DNA of 64,000 nucleotides from the human T2T-CHM13v2.0 reference genome, Homo sapiens (GCF_009914755.1 NC_060942.1), one strand, 5' to 3'. Counted from the stretch's first letter, positions 33,781 through 48,179 are shown. The notes: generated by a model from the letters alone, not told the origin. Made by a program: numbers and translations.

Positions 33781-34216
33781 ATGGCTGGGGGTGGGGGCTG
33801 CGGCTAGGGACATGGGGCCTCAGTGCCCACGTTTTCTGTCCTCTGTCCCCTGTGAGGGTATGTGCGCTCTCATACCAGCCGCAGGGCACTTTGGCTCGCT
33901 TGTGTTGCTGGGAGAGATCTCCTTTAATGTTTTTTTGTGTTTTTAAAATATGAACGTAGGCCCTGGCAGAGACAAGGCAGAAACCACTTTTGAGTTTTTA
34001 GGGCCGTGCATTCTTAAACAACTCTGAGTGACCCTTCCATCATTACAATTTATCAACTAAATTAGAAAACGTGCTTTCACAGATTTCTAGTACTTGGGCA
34101 AATTTGTTATTTACGCTCAAGATGAAGTGTTGCTTCTAGTGACAGTTTTGCTGTTGGGCAGCATTTGTAGGGTAAAGGTGTTTTTGCTTTTGGAATCCAT
34201 TGGGAGATTTAAAAAA

Positions 34217-34217
34217 A

Positions 34218-34248
<31 letters not shown>

Positions 34249-34260
34249 TACACACATATA
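34217..34260. repeat. (TA)n(CA)n compound microsatellite
   Basis: Seen directly. Confidence 0.9.
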
Positions 34261-34459
34261 AAGTAAAAAGCAGGAAGTCTATGTGTGTGCCAGGGGATCC
34301 CAAACTCTTGGCCTCCAGCAGTCAAGAGATTTTTTAAAACCTTTATCTTTTACCGTCTTGCTTTTTAAAATCCATTATGTCTTTGTATAGTACTTGACAT
34401 ACATGGGCAGAAGTCATGCTGGAACGTGAAGATGGGAGCATGGACTTTCTGGAGCATCC

Positions 34460-34972
34460 CAGGTGGGGTTCCTGTGGCTGCTGTAAGGCAGGACCGCAGA
34501 GCGGTGGCTGCAGACAGCACGGATTTGCTATTATATCCCATAGTCCTGTAGGGTAGAGTCTAACATGGGCTAAACTCAAGGTGTCGCCAGGGCTGTGTTC
34601 CTCCCGGAGGCTCTAGGAGAGGATCCCCTTGCCTTTCCCAGTTTCTGCAGGACATCTAGCAGCCTCAGCTCATTGTCCCCTCCCTGCGTTTGCAAAGCCA
34701 GCAGAGTAGCATCTCTGTGGCCATTCCCACATGGTCACATCTCCTCCTGGGATGCTCTCCTTCTGCCTCCCTTTGCACTTTCAGGAGCCCTTGTGATTCC
34801 ATTGTGTCCATCTGGATAATCCAGGATAATCTCCCTATTTTAAGGTCTGCTGATTAGCAACTTTAATTCCATCTGCAGCCTTAATCCCCCTTTTCTGTGT
34901 AAGCTGACCTAGTCACAGGTTCTGGGGATTAGGACTCGCGCATCTTGGGGGACCGTCATTCCACCTGCGGCA
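34460..34972 (-). mobile_element. MaLR LTR (MLT1D-like)
   Basis: ataatccaggataatctccctattttaaggtctgctgattagcaactttaattccatctgc...cacaggttctggggattaggac. Confidence 0.87.
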
Positions 34973-36279
34973 GTGGTAGGCTAAACCTTAGGCGTCTGAT
35001 ATTGTGAACCTGGCTCACTGGCCTTTGTCTTCTTGCCGACTCCTATTGGTATTTGCCTGAGATGTTTTTCTTTTCTTTTTCATTCTTTTTTCTTTTCTTT
35101 CTTTCTTTCTTTTTTTTTTTTTTTTTCTGGTTCTGGGCCCACAGTAGGTGCCTTAGAATCATGCAGTCCAGTTGCCTTCTGGGAATCCATTGTAGTAAGT
35201 GGTAGAGGTTTTTAAAGCAGTCCTAGGGGAGATGCAATTCCCTGCTTACATTCAAGTTTTTCGGGAAGACAAGTCTGTTTAGGAAACATAGGAGGTTAGT
35301 TGCATTTTCCTCATTAATGCAGGATATTAAAATATTCAGAGGGAACCCAGGAGTCCTCTCAAGATGAGTTTAAATTTCTCATACTTGTAGAAGTTGTTGA
35401 GAAACACTGGATTCTAATTTCCAGAACTCTGGTGGGGAAGGAGACTGTGAACCTGGTCTGAATTGAGAATGGGGATTGAGGATTTTTGGACTTTTGAAAG
35501 ATTGACTTACTCTCTCCCGTTAGTTCTGTTGAACTGCTGCCTAAATGGAGGGAATGTGCATCCTGTCTTGTGTTGTGTGGCAATGCAGTGGGGACACTTG
35601 GGACATGAGCAAAACGTTGACAGAGGGGAGCACTTCCCGGAATATTATTAATACAGAGTTAGTTTTAACTTCACCTTTTGGGCAAACTTGACATTATAGA
35701 TCTTGAAATAGGATTATTTTTCCCTTGCTAAGAGGTTAGCAAAATCAGTACAGTGTGTCTCTTTGACAGGCCCTAGAAAGCACTCTACGTTTGTTAACTT
35801 TAAATTTGGGTCGGAAATTGATGTTATTGGAGGAGCAAGGCGTGTTTAGGCCTGATGATTTTTGGATAGCTTGACCAAACCCGGTACAGCCAACTTTCCC
35901 CCAAAACTACTGTGTCCTTCTCAGTGGTTCCTGTGCCTGCACAGGGACCCAGCGCACACCCCAGTGTGCCTCTTTGGGCTCTGGCTAACTTAGGCTGACA
36001 TCCTGATAGAACGCAGTGACCACCTGGTCATTTGATTACAGCGCTTCTTCCAGACAGCACGCTCAGAATTGCGTTTCTTACTTCCAGTCTTCTTGCCCTG
36101 TAAGCATTTTCTGTGAGTCACCAAATCAAACACAAAATCATATAATTTTATGGAAGTGGAAAATCAGACTTATTAAAATACTGTGTTTTTGTTTTAAAGC
36201 TCAGAGGTATAGAGATCCATGAATTTTTTTCCATGCCTTCTCATAATGTGGTTTTGGTTTAGCTGCGGTTCTTCCAGGC

Positions 36280-36398
36280 GCAGATGTCAGCCCTCTGCAG
36301 ATCTGCTGCATCAGAGTTTATGGCCTGGGTCTTAGGAATTTGCAATTTAAAATAACCCCTTCAGGTGCATCTAATGCAGCCTAAATTTGGGGCCAGCT
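36280..36398. mobile_element. MER5A-like fragment
   Basis: ctgctgcatcaga...aggaatttgcaattt...caggtgcatctaatgcagcctaaatttggg. Confidence 0.55.
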
Positions 36399-37481
36399 CA
36401 TGGGTTGTAAACTGTACTGCCCTATACAATAGTAGCACAGTTCTAAGCTCAAGGGACTCAAGGGGGTCCAGTAAGTACAGTTCACCAGAGAAATAACAAA
36501 AGCATTTGCAGAGGGAGACCAGAGCATCACCTTTGTTAGGGCAAAGGCTTAACATAGAGGAATGTGGCTTCTATGTCCAGGCCAGTGGGCTTCCTAACAC
36601 AGAACATGGAATTAGGCAGACTTAACATCCCCCATGCCCACCCCGGTGAGTGCCAGCATGGGCTTGAGCTGCTCTTCACACTGATGGTCCATCCTTTGGA
36701 CTGATCTCCTTGTGAAGGATACAATACAGCAAGGAGTGGGGGCTTGGCTTGGCACAGCCAGTTCTTTACCCAAACTCCTGCCAACGCTGGCCCTTCTTTC
36801 TTACCCTGGTTGGAGTGTGTGAGGGTGGGAGAGGCAGGAGGAATATGCTGGACAGAGCTTCTTCCATCTAGAAGGGAATTTCAGGAGTAAGAAAGCAGCA
36901 GCTCTTAACATACCTGGGAGAAAGCAAGTGCTTAGTAAACAGTTGAGGAATGAACTAAGAATTTTCAGACAGATTTTCCTCTTCTGGAGCATTTGCAGAA
37001 CCGCCTCTTTGCTCAAGTGCTTTGTTTTTTACAGATTCATTTAAGGTCATGGTTCCAGACACTAATGTAAATCAGCACATATATTATTGAAGAAGTAGAA
37101 TACCTCCAGGCCCAGTTGCCTTGGAGCAGGAAAAACAGTTCATCCTCATTACCATCCAGAATAATTTATGTTCAAGATAATACACAATCAATTTACTTTT
37201 TATCATATTCAAATTTGATTTGTGTACACTTTTGAGTTTGGATGTCAGCCACATTGCTTCTGTGTGTTAATCTTTATTTACGGGAATAAATGGGAAGCAG
37301 TCAGCCATTTTTTATTCTTTATTGGGGAACTGCATTATAGTGGAAAAGGTAAAATTATAAGCTAATGAGACCAGAGGTCTGTATGTATGAAAACCGTCCT
37401 CATCGCTTCACAGTTGTCTTTGAACCAGTTTCCCTGGGATTGTTCGAAATGTAGCAAACGTGGCTCACGGTTACCCTGACG

Positions 37482-37693
37482 GGGCCAGAGCAATAGGGGG
37501 AGGTGTGGGCACCTGTATACATTTGCGTTGAAAAACGTACCCGGGCTATTCTGAGGTCCTTTCCTGCCCCCAGCCTGGTTTCTGGGCCTCTCTGGAGTCT
37601 CTCTTTCTGGCACTTGTGTTCTGGAATCGCTTATCAGCCTGGACTCCTTCAGCAGCAGCTGCCACAGTGTCTTTGTAGTCACACTACACACCT
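37482..37693 (+). repeat. Local direct duplication, copy 1 (pairs with 39157-39376)
   Basis: About 210 bp near-identical non-TE sequence gggccagagcaat...cacactacacacct. Confidence 0.95.
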
Positions 37694-39156
37694 ATATACT
37701 CCATGACATGGAGCGTATAGAATGTTTCCCGTCTTCCTCGTCAGTGCTGCCAGGAGAAGCTTCCCCTCTCCTAACCTCTGGATAGTGGCTGGCTCTGCTT
37801 TATTCAGGCATTGCTTTCATTTTTTAGAACAGCTGCTCCAGTATGCTTAGTGTGAATGACAGCCCAGCAGAAAGAATGGACTTGACACTGGACACTGCAC
37901 CACTCCACATTTCTTTGTCCCCTCAAGATGACTTAACTAGCTCCCTTCCCTTTTCCTTCATGCAATAGCCTCAGAAGTTCGGCTGGCATTGCCAAGTTGT
38001 TAGAGTGAACCTTAACCTGTGTATGACTCAGAATTCACATCTGCTGTGTCAGTGAACACACAGATCTCTTTGTGAACACATGGTTATCAAGAGGCACATG
38101 CTCTTACGTATCCTGCCGGATTCTGGTAAGGCGCTGCTTGCGCAGTAAGCACTTGTCAGGTGCTTATGATGCCTGTGACGTGAGGCTGTGGATGCAGAAT
38201 TTGTGGTCTGAACATTTTTGAGTAGATAAAAATGGAAACTGAAATTGGTGAAGCAGACTTGTGGCTTTTCCTATTTTCTCATCTCTTTTATGGATATAAC
38301 TAGAAGCTCTGCTTCATCAATGAGTGTGTTAAAACAATTTGTTTACAAAATCCTATTTATTAAAATAAAAATCTGAAAGAACTGCGCTGCTGCTTTTCAG
38401 TGCTCGCCACTCTAGGAACCTGTATTCCTCCTCTTGTTCATCCTCCCTTTTCTTCTTTTTTGTTTTGTTGTTGTTTGTGTGTATGTATGTATCTGTGTGT
38501 GTGTGGCGGGGTGGTGGGGGCGGTGTTGCCAAATCTTTTGCACTGAATCTTTGAAGATGTCCTGAAATACTTACCAAATCACTAGAGCGAAGAGAAGCCC
38601 ATCTGATTTCTTCATCTCCCAGCTGAGGAAGGACACACTTTCTCCCACTCTCCAGTGAAGGCCCCTGTGTCCTGTGGGTGGGGGAGCTGACATCACACTC
38701 AGTGCTGACATTTCTTGTTCCCTGGGTGGGCGCTGATTCCAGATCCTCTTCAGCCCCCCAAGCGGAACTGGGTTTCTCTTGAAGGTCCTAACCTCAGCTC
38801 ACACCACCTGCTACTACCTTTCTGGGTCTTGGATTTTGTTGTTACCCAGGCCCGGGGTCATCCCAAAGGCTCTTGATAGCCCTGTGGCTGTGCTTGCTAA
38901 TACACTGTCCTCATCTTTTGTCAGCGAAGTAAATCCAATAATGTTTCCTTCTCTTTAATCCAAGCCAGTCTTCATTGAAAACACTTCACCTCTAAGCTCT
39001 CAGGCTCTGCAGTCTGCCCTCTCCAACCTTACCCCTCATGCCCCACCTTCCCTTTGTCCCCATCTTTCCCTTCTGTTCCAGTCATTCTCATGGGGCATGG
39101 AGAGTGGAAGCCTGGGAGGGCTTTGCCAAAGTCCAGTTGCCTGCTCACTTTCCTAA

Positions 39157-39376
39157 GGGCCAGAGCAATGGGGGAGGTGGGGGAGGTGTGGGCACCTGTA
39201 TACATTTGTGTTGAAAAAGGTACCCAGGCTATTCTGAGGTCCTTTTCTGCCCCCAGCCTGGTTTCTGGGCCTCTCTGGAGTCTCTCTTTCTGGCATTTGT
39301 GTTCTGGAATCGCTTATCAGCCTGGACTCCTTCATCAGCAGCTGCCACAGTGTCTTTGCAGTCACACTACACACCT
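39157..39376 (+). repeat. Local direct duplication, copy 2 (pairs with 37482-37693)
   Basis: Same sequence with an extra ggggaggt unit. Confidence 0.95.
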
Positions 39377-39584
39377 TTACCCCGATCCACTGACCTGCTG
39401 TCCCGGATGGCCCTGGTGTGTTCTCTCTGTTCCTAGCCGCAGAAATTGCTGGTGAATGTCACCAAGCTAAGCGGTGTAGCTTTATAACAAGTGGATTCAG
39501 CCAGCTGGGGCTGGACGACTGAGAGTTTGCAGCCCCTGCTGGACCCTGTGTAACTGTCCAGTTTGCCTAGCTATTGGTTTGGCC

Positions 39585-39778
39585 CAGTGGTTTTCAATGT
39601 TGGCTGCACATCAGAATCACCTGGGGGAGGTTTAAAACCCTACCTCTGCCCCCATGCCCTGGGGTTCACACCCAGAAATGCTGACTTCATTGGTCGGGGG
39701 CTGGCAGGCCTGGACATTGGCGGTTTGCTTAGAAGCTGCCCGGGTGGTTCTCATAGCAGCCAGGGTCAAGCACCACGG
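39585..39778. mobile_element. MER5A-like hAT MITE
   Basis: cagtggttttcaatgttggctgcacatcagaatcacctggg...ggtggttctcatagcagccagggt. Confidence 0.8.
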
Positions 39779-40139
39779 CCTGTTCTTACCTGGCTCCCCA
39801 GGCCCCCTTTAATCTCCCTCTGCAGCAGATTGGCACACATCGCATTGTGGAGCAAGCCATCTGATAATTTTCCTTAATCGTCTTTGAAGATCTTCCCTCT
39901 GCCTGTTGATCCTTTAAGGAAGAAGTCTCCTTGCCAGGATCGGCCTCTCCAGTCTCTGGATCCCTTCTTGCTTGCTCTCTTCAGAACCCATGAAACCTCT
40001 CTGGCTGCCTTGACGTCAGCCAGATTGGACTGCCCAAATAGAAAGGCAGAAATCCCTGTCGAGGCCAGACAGCAAGGATGGAGAGGGGCAGGGGGTGAAA
40101 TGAAACGCACCAGGAGGAGTAAAGACAAGGCCTTCCGAT

Positions 40140-40345
40140 GTCAGCCAAGAGCAGGTGTGGATTAGGCAGTCCTAAGTTTGAGTCCTGGTTCTGCTATTCA
40201 TTGGCCAATTGTATTCTCCCTCCCTCTACGATGAGGTTAATTACAGTTACCTCACTGGGATTTGTGAGGATGGAATGAGGTAACAAAACATAAAATACTA
40301 TCAGTACAATGCCCAGCTCATAATGAGTATGCAGCAAATGTTCAC
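40140..40345 (+). mobile_element. MIR
   Basis: cctaagtttgagtcctggttctgcta...tacctcactgggatttgtgaggat. Confidence 0.7.
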
Positions 40346-40362
40346 CCTTTAAAAAATGCCAC

Positions 40363-40721
<359 letters not shown>

Positions 40722-41295
40722 TCACTCCCCCATCCCCACTGGTATCTTTATGTACTCAGGTGACTATTACCATATTCTGCTTGGACTGTTTTTATACATT
40801 GCAGATAATTTGAAGATATGGACTTAGGTAGGTTTTTAGATTTATAATAATTAAGTGATGTTTTTCTATCAAGTGATGAAAGTTTCAACAGATATTTGTT
40901 AAAATTTAATTTAGCCAAAGGAAGACATGCCATTTCAGCAATGTGATCTAAGTAAAAGTGTCTTCTCTTTTTTTTGGTGGGGAGAACAGAGTGTAGAATG
41001 ATATTAGTAAGATAGAGAATTGATGACCAAACCATAACTGCTAGCATTTTAGTAGAGGACACAACAGAGAAAGGATTCTCACGTGTGTTATTAGGATCTT
41101 GGATGAGAGTGGGCTGTTATTTTAACTTTGGCCCCTGTTGGAGCAAATTACTCTTTGGGGGCCCGGTTTTCCTCAGGAACTACCTACAGAATTCAGTGAG
41201 ATAGATTTTAGAACCCTTCTGAATGCTGCTGGTTTGGAGATTCTGTCTGTAGCAAGTTTTGTTCAGTTGTTAATCTTTCTTTCTTTTCTTTCATT

Positions 41296-41573
41296 CTTTT
41301 TTTTTTTGACAGGGTCTCTCTATCACCCAGGCTGGAGCAGTGGTGTGGCCCTGGCTCACTGCAGGCTCAAGCGCTCCTTCCACTTCAACTGCCCAAGTAG
41401 TTAGAACCACAGGCGAGTTCCACTACAGCTGGCTAATTAACAAAAATTTTTTTTGTAGAGATGAGGTCTCACTGTGTTGCCCAGGCTGGTCTCAAACTCC
41501 TGGGCTCAAGTCATCATCCTGTGTTGGCTTTCGAAAGTGCTGGGATTGCAGGCATGAGCCACCACACCTGGCC
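41296..41573 (-). mobile_element. AluJ, diverged
   Basis: gtagagatgaggtctcactgtgttgcccaggctgg...cctgggctcaag. Confidence 0.92.
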
Positions 41574-41941
41574 AACTATATGTTTTCTATGTTTATTATA
41601 TTTTCTGATTTGTAATGTATTTTAAAATTATCCCAATAATATATGAATGCAATCTTGAAAAATACTCAGCATAGCCTTTAGGCTAAAAAGTGGAGGTCTG
41701 CCATTTCTCTGCCTTGCCCCATTCCCTTCCCATGTCTTATTTTCCCTGTTACCAGGTTGGTGTGAAGCCTTTGAGACCTTTTTCTCTGCACACCCATATA
41801 TGTGTTTTTTCTATGTTTTTATAGTATTGTTTCATTTAAAAAATAAACTAGGTTTTTGAACTTGAGAAATTTCAACTCGTTCTGCTCAGAGCTTTGTTTT
41901 ATTAAAATCAGTGCCTGGGAGTTGCTCAAGTCTTTGGGCTG

Positions 41942-41960
41942 TGTCGCCCTCTAGTGGTAG
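41942..41960 (-). promoter_or_regulatory. Strong CTCF core motif
   Basis: Minus strand reads ctaCCACTAGAGGGCGaca, matching the CTCF core CCAC/GYAGA/GGGGC; lies in unique sequence with its CpG retained. Binding is not shown by sequence. Confidence 0.72.
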
Positions 41961-42082
41961 CCCTTTGGCTTACAGCTGCCATTCAGCCCTAGGGCTGGGG
42001 TGGAAGTGATGGTTTTGTGCCCACAACCTGATGGCAGGGTTGGCAGTGTTTAGTTGCTGACAAGTGTCTAAAACTCAATCTA

Positions 42083-42394
<312 letters not shown>

Positions 42395-42586
42395 CTAGTG
42401 AGCCCTGGAGTGGTGTTTGCCTTGCTACCTCCAACTTGCCCTTTTTAAGAGACTTAAAATTTGTGGTAACTTTTCACATGATGTGTATTTAGATACTGCT
42501 GAGTTAATGAGGCTGCTATACCTGGCTGATTTATTGTTTGCTTTCAAAGCAGTTGTCAAGTGGTGTCCACCCATCCCACTGATGGA

Positions 42587-42897
42587 TTTTTTTTCTTTTT
42601 TCTTTTTCTTTTTTTTTTGAGACAGAGTCTTGCTCTGTTGCCCAGACTGGAGTGCAATGGCATGATCTCGGCTCACTGCAGTGTCTGCCTCCCAAGTTCA
42701 AGCAATTCTCCTGCCTCAGCCCCCTGAGTAGGGATTACAGGTGTGTGCCACCACGCCTGGCTCATTTTTGTATTTTTAGCAGAGATGGAGTTTCACCATG
42801 ATGGCCAGGCTAGTCTCGAACTCCTGACCTCAAGTGATCCACCCACTTCAGCCCCCCAGAGTGCTGGGATTACAGGTGTGAGCCACTGCACCTGGCC
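42587..42897 (-). mobile_element. AluS
   Basis: Full dimer; flanking cccactga repeat. Confidence 0.95.
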
Positions 42898-42989
42898 CCA
42901 CTGACTGTTTATATCTGTTATACTGTTCTTGCCTCTGTGCCTTTTGGGTTCCCTGTCATGGCAGCATCCTTACATCCTCCACCACCTCT

Positions 42990-44639
42990 GAATGTTCCCG
43001 CACCTTCTCTTTCTAATGGAAGCCTGGCTGGCCCTTGAAGACACCGCCAACCCTGCTGGTCTCTTCACAGAGTATCCACCCAGCAACCTGGCCTGTCCAT
43101 TCTTGACTTCTTCTGGTCCAGCTGCCTTTCTGTACCTCATTTTAGTGACCCTTTTTAGATCTCGTCCAGGTTAGCCTCTAGAACCCTGATCTCAGGCACC
43201 CCACTCTGCGATCTTCCGTTCCCAGCCTTCCCACTTGAAATCGTCTTGGAAATCCCGGGCTTTGCCAATCTGTGGACCCACCACCTTTTCACCCCCTTTC
43301 CGGTGCCCTCAGGGGACTTTGCTGTAGCCTGAACCTCATGGTCCCTTCCTGTAAACAGCCAAACTGCTTTGTACTCCCTGAGGAGACCCCCGCCCCGGTT
43401 GGACACCCCACCCTGGTTAAACCCACTTTCACAATTATTCCAAAACTGCCAGCTGGACTTGCATCTCTTCAGATCGGCTGTCATCACTCATTGTATCAGG
43501 AATCTTATTACACTTTTGCAGCAGTTTCATCGGTTCAGAGAAAACTCTTTCATACCTTCTGCTCATCAGTTCTCCACACCTCCCATCATTCTCCTAGCTG
43601 ATGACTTTGCTGCTTGTCTCATTGAGGAAAGAAGCCGTTCAGTCAGTGAGACCCCCTGTCTCGCCTCCACCTTTCCACCTGCTGCCGCGGAGGCTTCCCC
43701 AGCTCCTGTCTCACTCAGGCCCCTTGCCACTCTCAAGGCATCTTCTTCCTGCTTCCCAAGGATGTCACTCCTGCAGTTAACCCTTTTTCCTCCTGCATTA
43801 TTCGTTTCTTCCTTTCTTCCGCATCCTTCCAAATAGCGTAAAAACAGGCCTTATGATGTTTCTCTTTAAAAATGTCCTTACCAGTGCCACGTCCCTCTTG
43901 GCCACTGCCCCTGTTGTGCCTCACTCCGTAGAAAGAAGTGACCTGTAGAGACTATATCCTGCCCTCTCCAGCGCCTGCCTTCCGATTGCCCCTTCCAGTC
44001 TAGTAACTGTGTCCATTCCTTCTCCAATGACCGGGTGACAAGCTGTCTCTTCTGAGAGTGCCAGAGGGTGTTCCCTGGGTGGGAGGCCGGATGTCAGTGC
44101 CAGCTGTGCTGTCCTGGGTGAGCCTGTGAGGGACCACATCTGGTCAGACTCGTGCATGGCCTGCCCTCATCTTCCTCCGCCTGCGGTGCCTTTGAGAGCA
44201 TTGACTCCACTAAGCCCGATTTCTGTGTGGCATGTTGTCTGTTCCTCCCCGGCCTCCTCGATGGCTCCTCCTTGGTCTCCCTCTGGCTACTCCTCTGCTT
44301 CTCCGCCTCCAAGTGCTGCTCCAAGTGCCTTCTGTGCTCTGTCTCCATCCAGCCCAAACCTTCCAACACTCTCTGTAAGTGGAATCTCACCTTGAGGCTG
44401 CCAGCCCAGCCTCCTCACCTCTGTGCTCCATCTTTAGAGAGTCACCTCTCTGTCTGGCATTCCCACTTGAGGACCAAGATGATTCTCAACCTTAACGTGG
44501 CCCACATGGAGCCACTGCTCTTCCTGCCCAGATCTGCCTTCACCACCACATCCTGCCCACTGTCACTAAACGGCACCAGCTCTTACCTGGTTTCTCAGTA
44601 AAAAAACAAGTTTATCATCTTCCCTCACATACTTTATTC

Positions 44640-44640
<1 letters not shown>
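42990..44640 (+). mobile_element. Long degraded L2 fragment including ORF2 (RT) remnants
   Basis: C/T-rich; translated remnants PWLNP, ADDFA and AFESIDS (cf. L2/CR1 RT motif AFDTVDH); frames disrupted. Confidence 0.75.
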
Positions 44641-45200
<560 letters not shown>

Positions 45201-45220
45201 GTCCTCTTCCCCCCACCAGG

Positions 45221-45224
<4 letters not shown>

Positions 45225-45252
<28 letters not shown>
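45225..45252. repeat. (TG)n microsatellite
   Basis: About 14 units. Confidence 0.92.
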
Positions 45253-45255
<3 letters not shown>

Positions 45256-45499
45256 CTGAATCTGACCAGTTGAGGCAGGCTTTCATGTCATTCTCTCTGG
45301 CCACCCCCTTCTTTGTTCACCTCCAGTCTTTGGAATAGTCAGAGCGATGTGTTCATGGTAGAAATGAAATCACATCAGGTCCTCAGTGGCCCATCACATT
45401 TAGAACTAAAGCTTACCCTTGCCTCATGCCTCTGAGCCCTTATATGATCTCGAGTCACCACCCCACTGCCAGCCTCTCCACTCTCTTCTCTGTGCCTCA

Positions 45500-45794
45500 T
45501 GCAGCCCAGGAAATATAATTTGGACCGCAAATGCCAGCCACCTATGTACGGTAACTTTTCTAGTAGTCACATTAAAAAGAAAACAGGTGAAATGAATTTT
45601 AATGCATTTTAGTTAACTCATGATATCAAAAATATTTCAACATGTAATCAGTATTCACACAAAGATTAATCAAGTATTTAACAGTCTTTTCTTTTGATCC
45701 GGGGTCTTGGAAGTTTGACCTACCACCTCTCAATTTAGCCAGCCACATCTCCAGTACTTGGCAGCTGTTTGTGGCTACCTCATGGACAGGGCAG
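45500..45794. mobile_element. MER33-like hAT element
   Basis: ttttctagtagtcacattaaaaag...aggtgaaatgaattttaat...tatttcaacatgtaatca...gtggctacc...ggacagggcag. Confidence 0.8.
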
Positions 45795-45989
45795 GTCCCG
45801 CCACCCGGGCATCCGTCTGCCTGGCGCACGCACCAAACGGGTTCCAGTCTGGGGAAGTTGGCATCTGCTGTTGTTACTTTTGGTCAGAACGCCCTTCGCC
45901 TGCATCCTCACGGGGCTGACTCCCTTTAGCCTTGAAGGGGACCGTTGCTCCGAGAGGCCTGAACACTCCAGCTGCAGCTTTCTCCCCAG

Positions 45990-46650
45990 TCATTATTGAG
46001 ATCAAATTCACATCTCTTACAATTCACGCATTTAATGGGTGATGCAATGCGGTGGCTTTTAGTATATTCACACACATGTGCAGACATCACCATAGCCAAT
46101 TTTAGAAAATTTTCATCAGCTGAAAGAGAAACCTTGTATCCTTTAGCTATGACTTTGTGATTCCCTGTTCCCCTGAGCCCCTGGAGAACCCTATCTTTCT
46201 GTCTCTGTAGGTGTGCTGATTCTGAATATTTTGCATAAACGGAATCATACTAGGGGGTCTTTTGCTTGGGACCCCTTTCACGTGGCGTGTTTCCACGGCC
46301 CATCCCGTGTGATAGCATGCATCAGTACTTCATTCCTTTTTATGCAGATAATAGCCCATTGTATGGATATACCACCTGTTTTTTTAAAAAGTCCATTCAT
46401 CAATTCATGAGCATTTGGTTTGTTTCTACTTTTTGGTAGAATGATGCTGCCATGAACACTTGTGTGCAGGTTTTTGTGTGGACATAGACTTAGGAATGGA
46501 ATAACCATGGAGTTACGGTAACTCTACATTTAAGCATTTGAGAAGCTGCTGGCCTGTTTTTCATCTGCACCATTTGCATTCCCACCAGCATCGAGTGGGA
46601 GCTCCAGTCTCTCCATATCCTCCCCAGCAGTCGGTTACCCTTTTCTGTTG
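45990..46650 (-). mobile_element. L1MB-like 3' end
   Basis: tattgagatcaaattcaca...atcagtacttcattcctttttatg...caggtttttgtgtggacata...catttgcattcccaccagca. Confidence 0.9.
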
Positions 46651-47006
46651 CCTCTGTAGCACTTTCTAAACATAAAATTAGCTTATTTCTTTGCAGGTGT
46701 CTATTGCACCCCCCAGGAATGTCAGTTCCCTGCAGACTCTCACTCTGCCTTGGCACCCGCACCCCAGCACCCAGGGGTGAGGTGCCTGCCTGGGCAGCCC
46801 TGTCCTCACCTGGGGTTGACTGACCAGAGAACCCTTGCGATTCTCTCTCTGGGTTTCTGTCTGCATTCCTTTCGGGATAGGTGAGACTGGGGTGACGGCT
46901 GCTCGCGGCTTGGTCACCTTCTTCTCTGCTTACCTGTTCATGCTCTCTTGCTTTTCTCTGATAGCAAACCCCGTCTCCTGTCATCCTCCCTCCTGGCGGA
47001 CCAGAG

Positions 47007-47204
47007 CTATACTGGCCCATAAAGGAGTGCTGGCCACACCAGGCTAGATTCCAGTTGAGCTTAAATAAAACAAATAGAAAGGTCCTCCGTGGTATTAGCC
47101 ATATTGTAGGTGCTCCGTAGACACATGCGGCTAGTGGCTGCCCACAGGACGCTGCAGATGTGGACGTCCCCGTCATCACAGGACGACATTCTGTGGGCAG
47201 CGCT
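47007..47204 (-). mobile_element. MER3-like hAT element
   Basis: cacatgcggctagtggctgcc...ccgtcatcacagg...ttctgtgggcagcgctg. Confidence 0.7.
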
Positions 47205-47287
47205 GTATTTGTTTACAAACACAATTCTTTGGCTGTGTGAAGGTTCAGGATGATACCTTTGCCATTATGATTCATTTATTCATTTCA

Positions 47288-47419
47288 GGCTGGACACGGT
47301 GGCCCACACCTGTAATCTCCACACTGGGAGGCCGAGGCGGGAAGATCGCTTGAGGCCAGGAGTTTGGGACCAGCCTGGGCAACATGGCGAAACCTCACCT
47401 TTATTTAAAAAAAAAAAAA
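47288..47419 (+). mobile_element. Alu left monomer (FLAM/AluJ-like)
   Basis: gaagatcgcttgaggccaggagtt...cctgggcaacatggcgaaacc plus poly-A. Confidence 0.9.
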
Positions 47420-47421
47420 TC

Positions 47422-47724
47422 GGCCGGGTGCGGTGGCTCACACCTGTGATCCCAGCACTTTGGGAGGCCGAGGCAGGCGGATCACGAGGTCAGGAGATTG
47501 AGACCATCCTGGCCTAACACAGTGAAACCCCATCTCTACTAAAAAATACCAAAAATTAGCTGGGCGTGGTGGCAGGTGCTTGTAGTCCCAGCTACTCAGG
47601 AGGCTGAGGCAGGAGAATGGTGTGAACACGGGAGGCGGAGTTTGCAGTGAGCGGACATAGTGCCACTGCACTCCAGCCTGGGCCACAGAGTGAGACTCCG
47701 TCTCAAAAAAAAAAAAAAAAAAAA
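47422..47724 (+). mobile_element. AluY-like
   Basis: ggatcacgaggtcaggagattgagaccatcctgg; poly-A. Confidence 0.96.
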
Positions 47725-47744
47725 GAATCAACATTTATTTATTT

Positions 47745-48179
<435 letters not shown>

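Noticed and set aside
37503-39455. Two similar ORFs (WAPVYICVEK...) as paralogous small genes
   Set aside because: The similarity is fully explained by the 210-bp DNA duplication; non-ATG starts and no exon structure
43369-44601. ORFs with reverse-transcriptase-like fragments as an active or domesticated RT
   Set aside because: Frameshifted, degraded L2 ORF2 remnants with no intact catalytic motif
46490-47179. 229-aa minus-strand ORF
   Set aside because: Runs across MER3, L2 and L1 relics; no coherent protein signal
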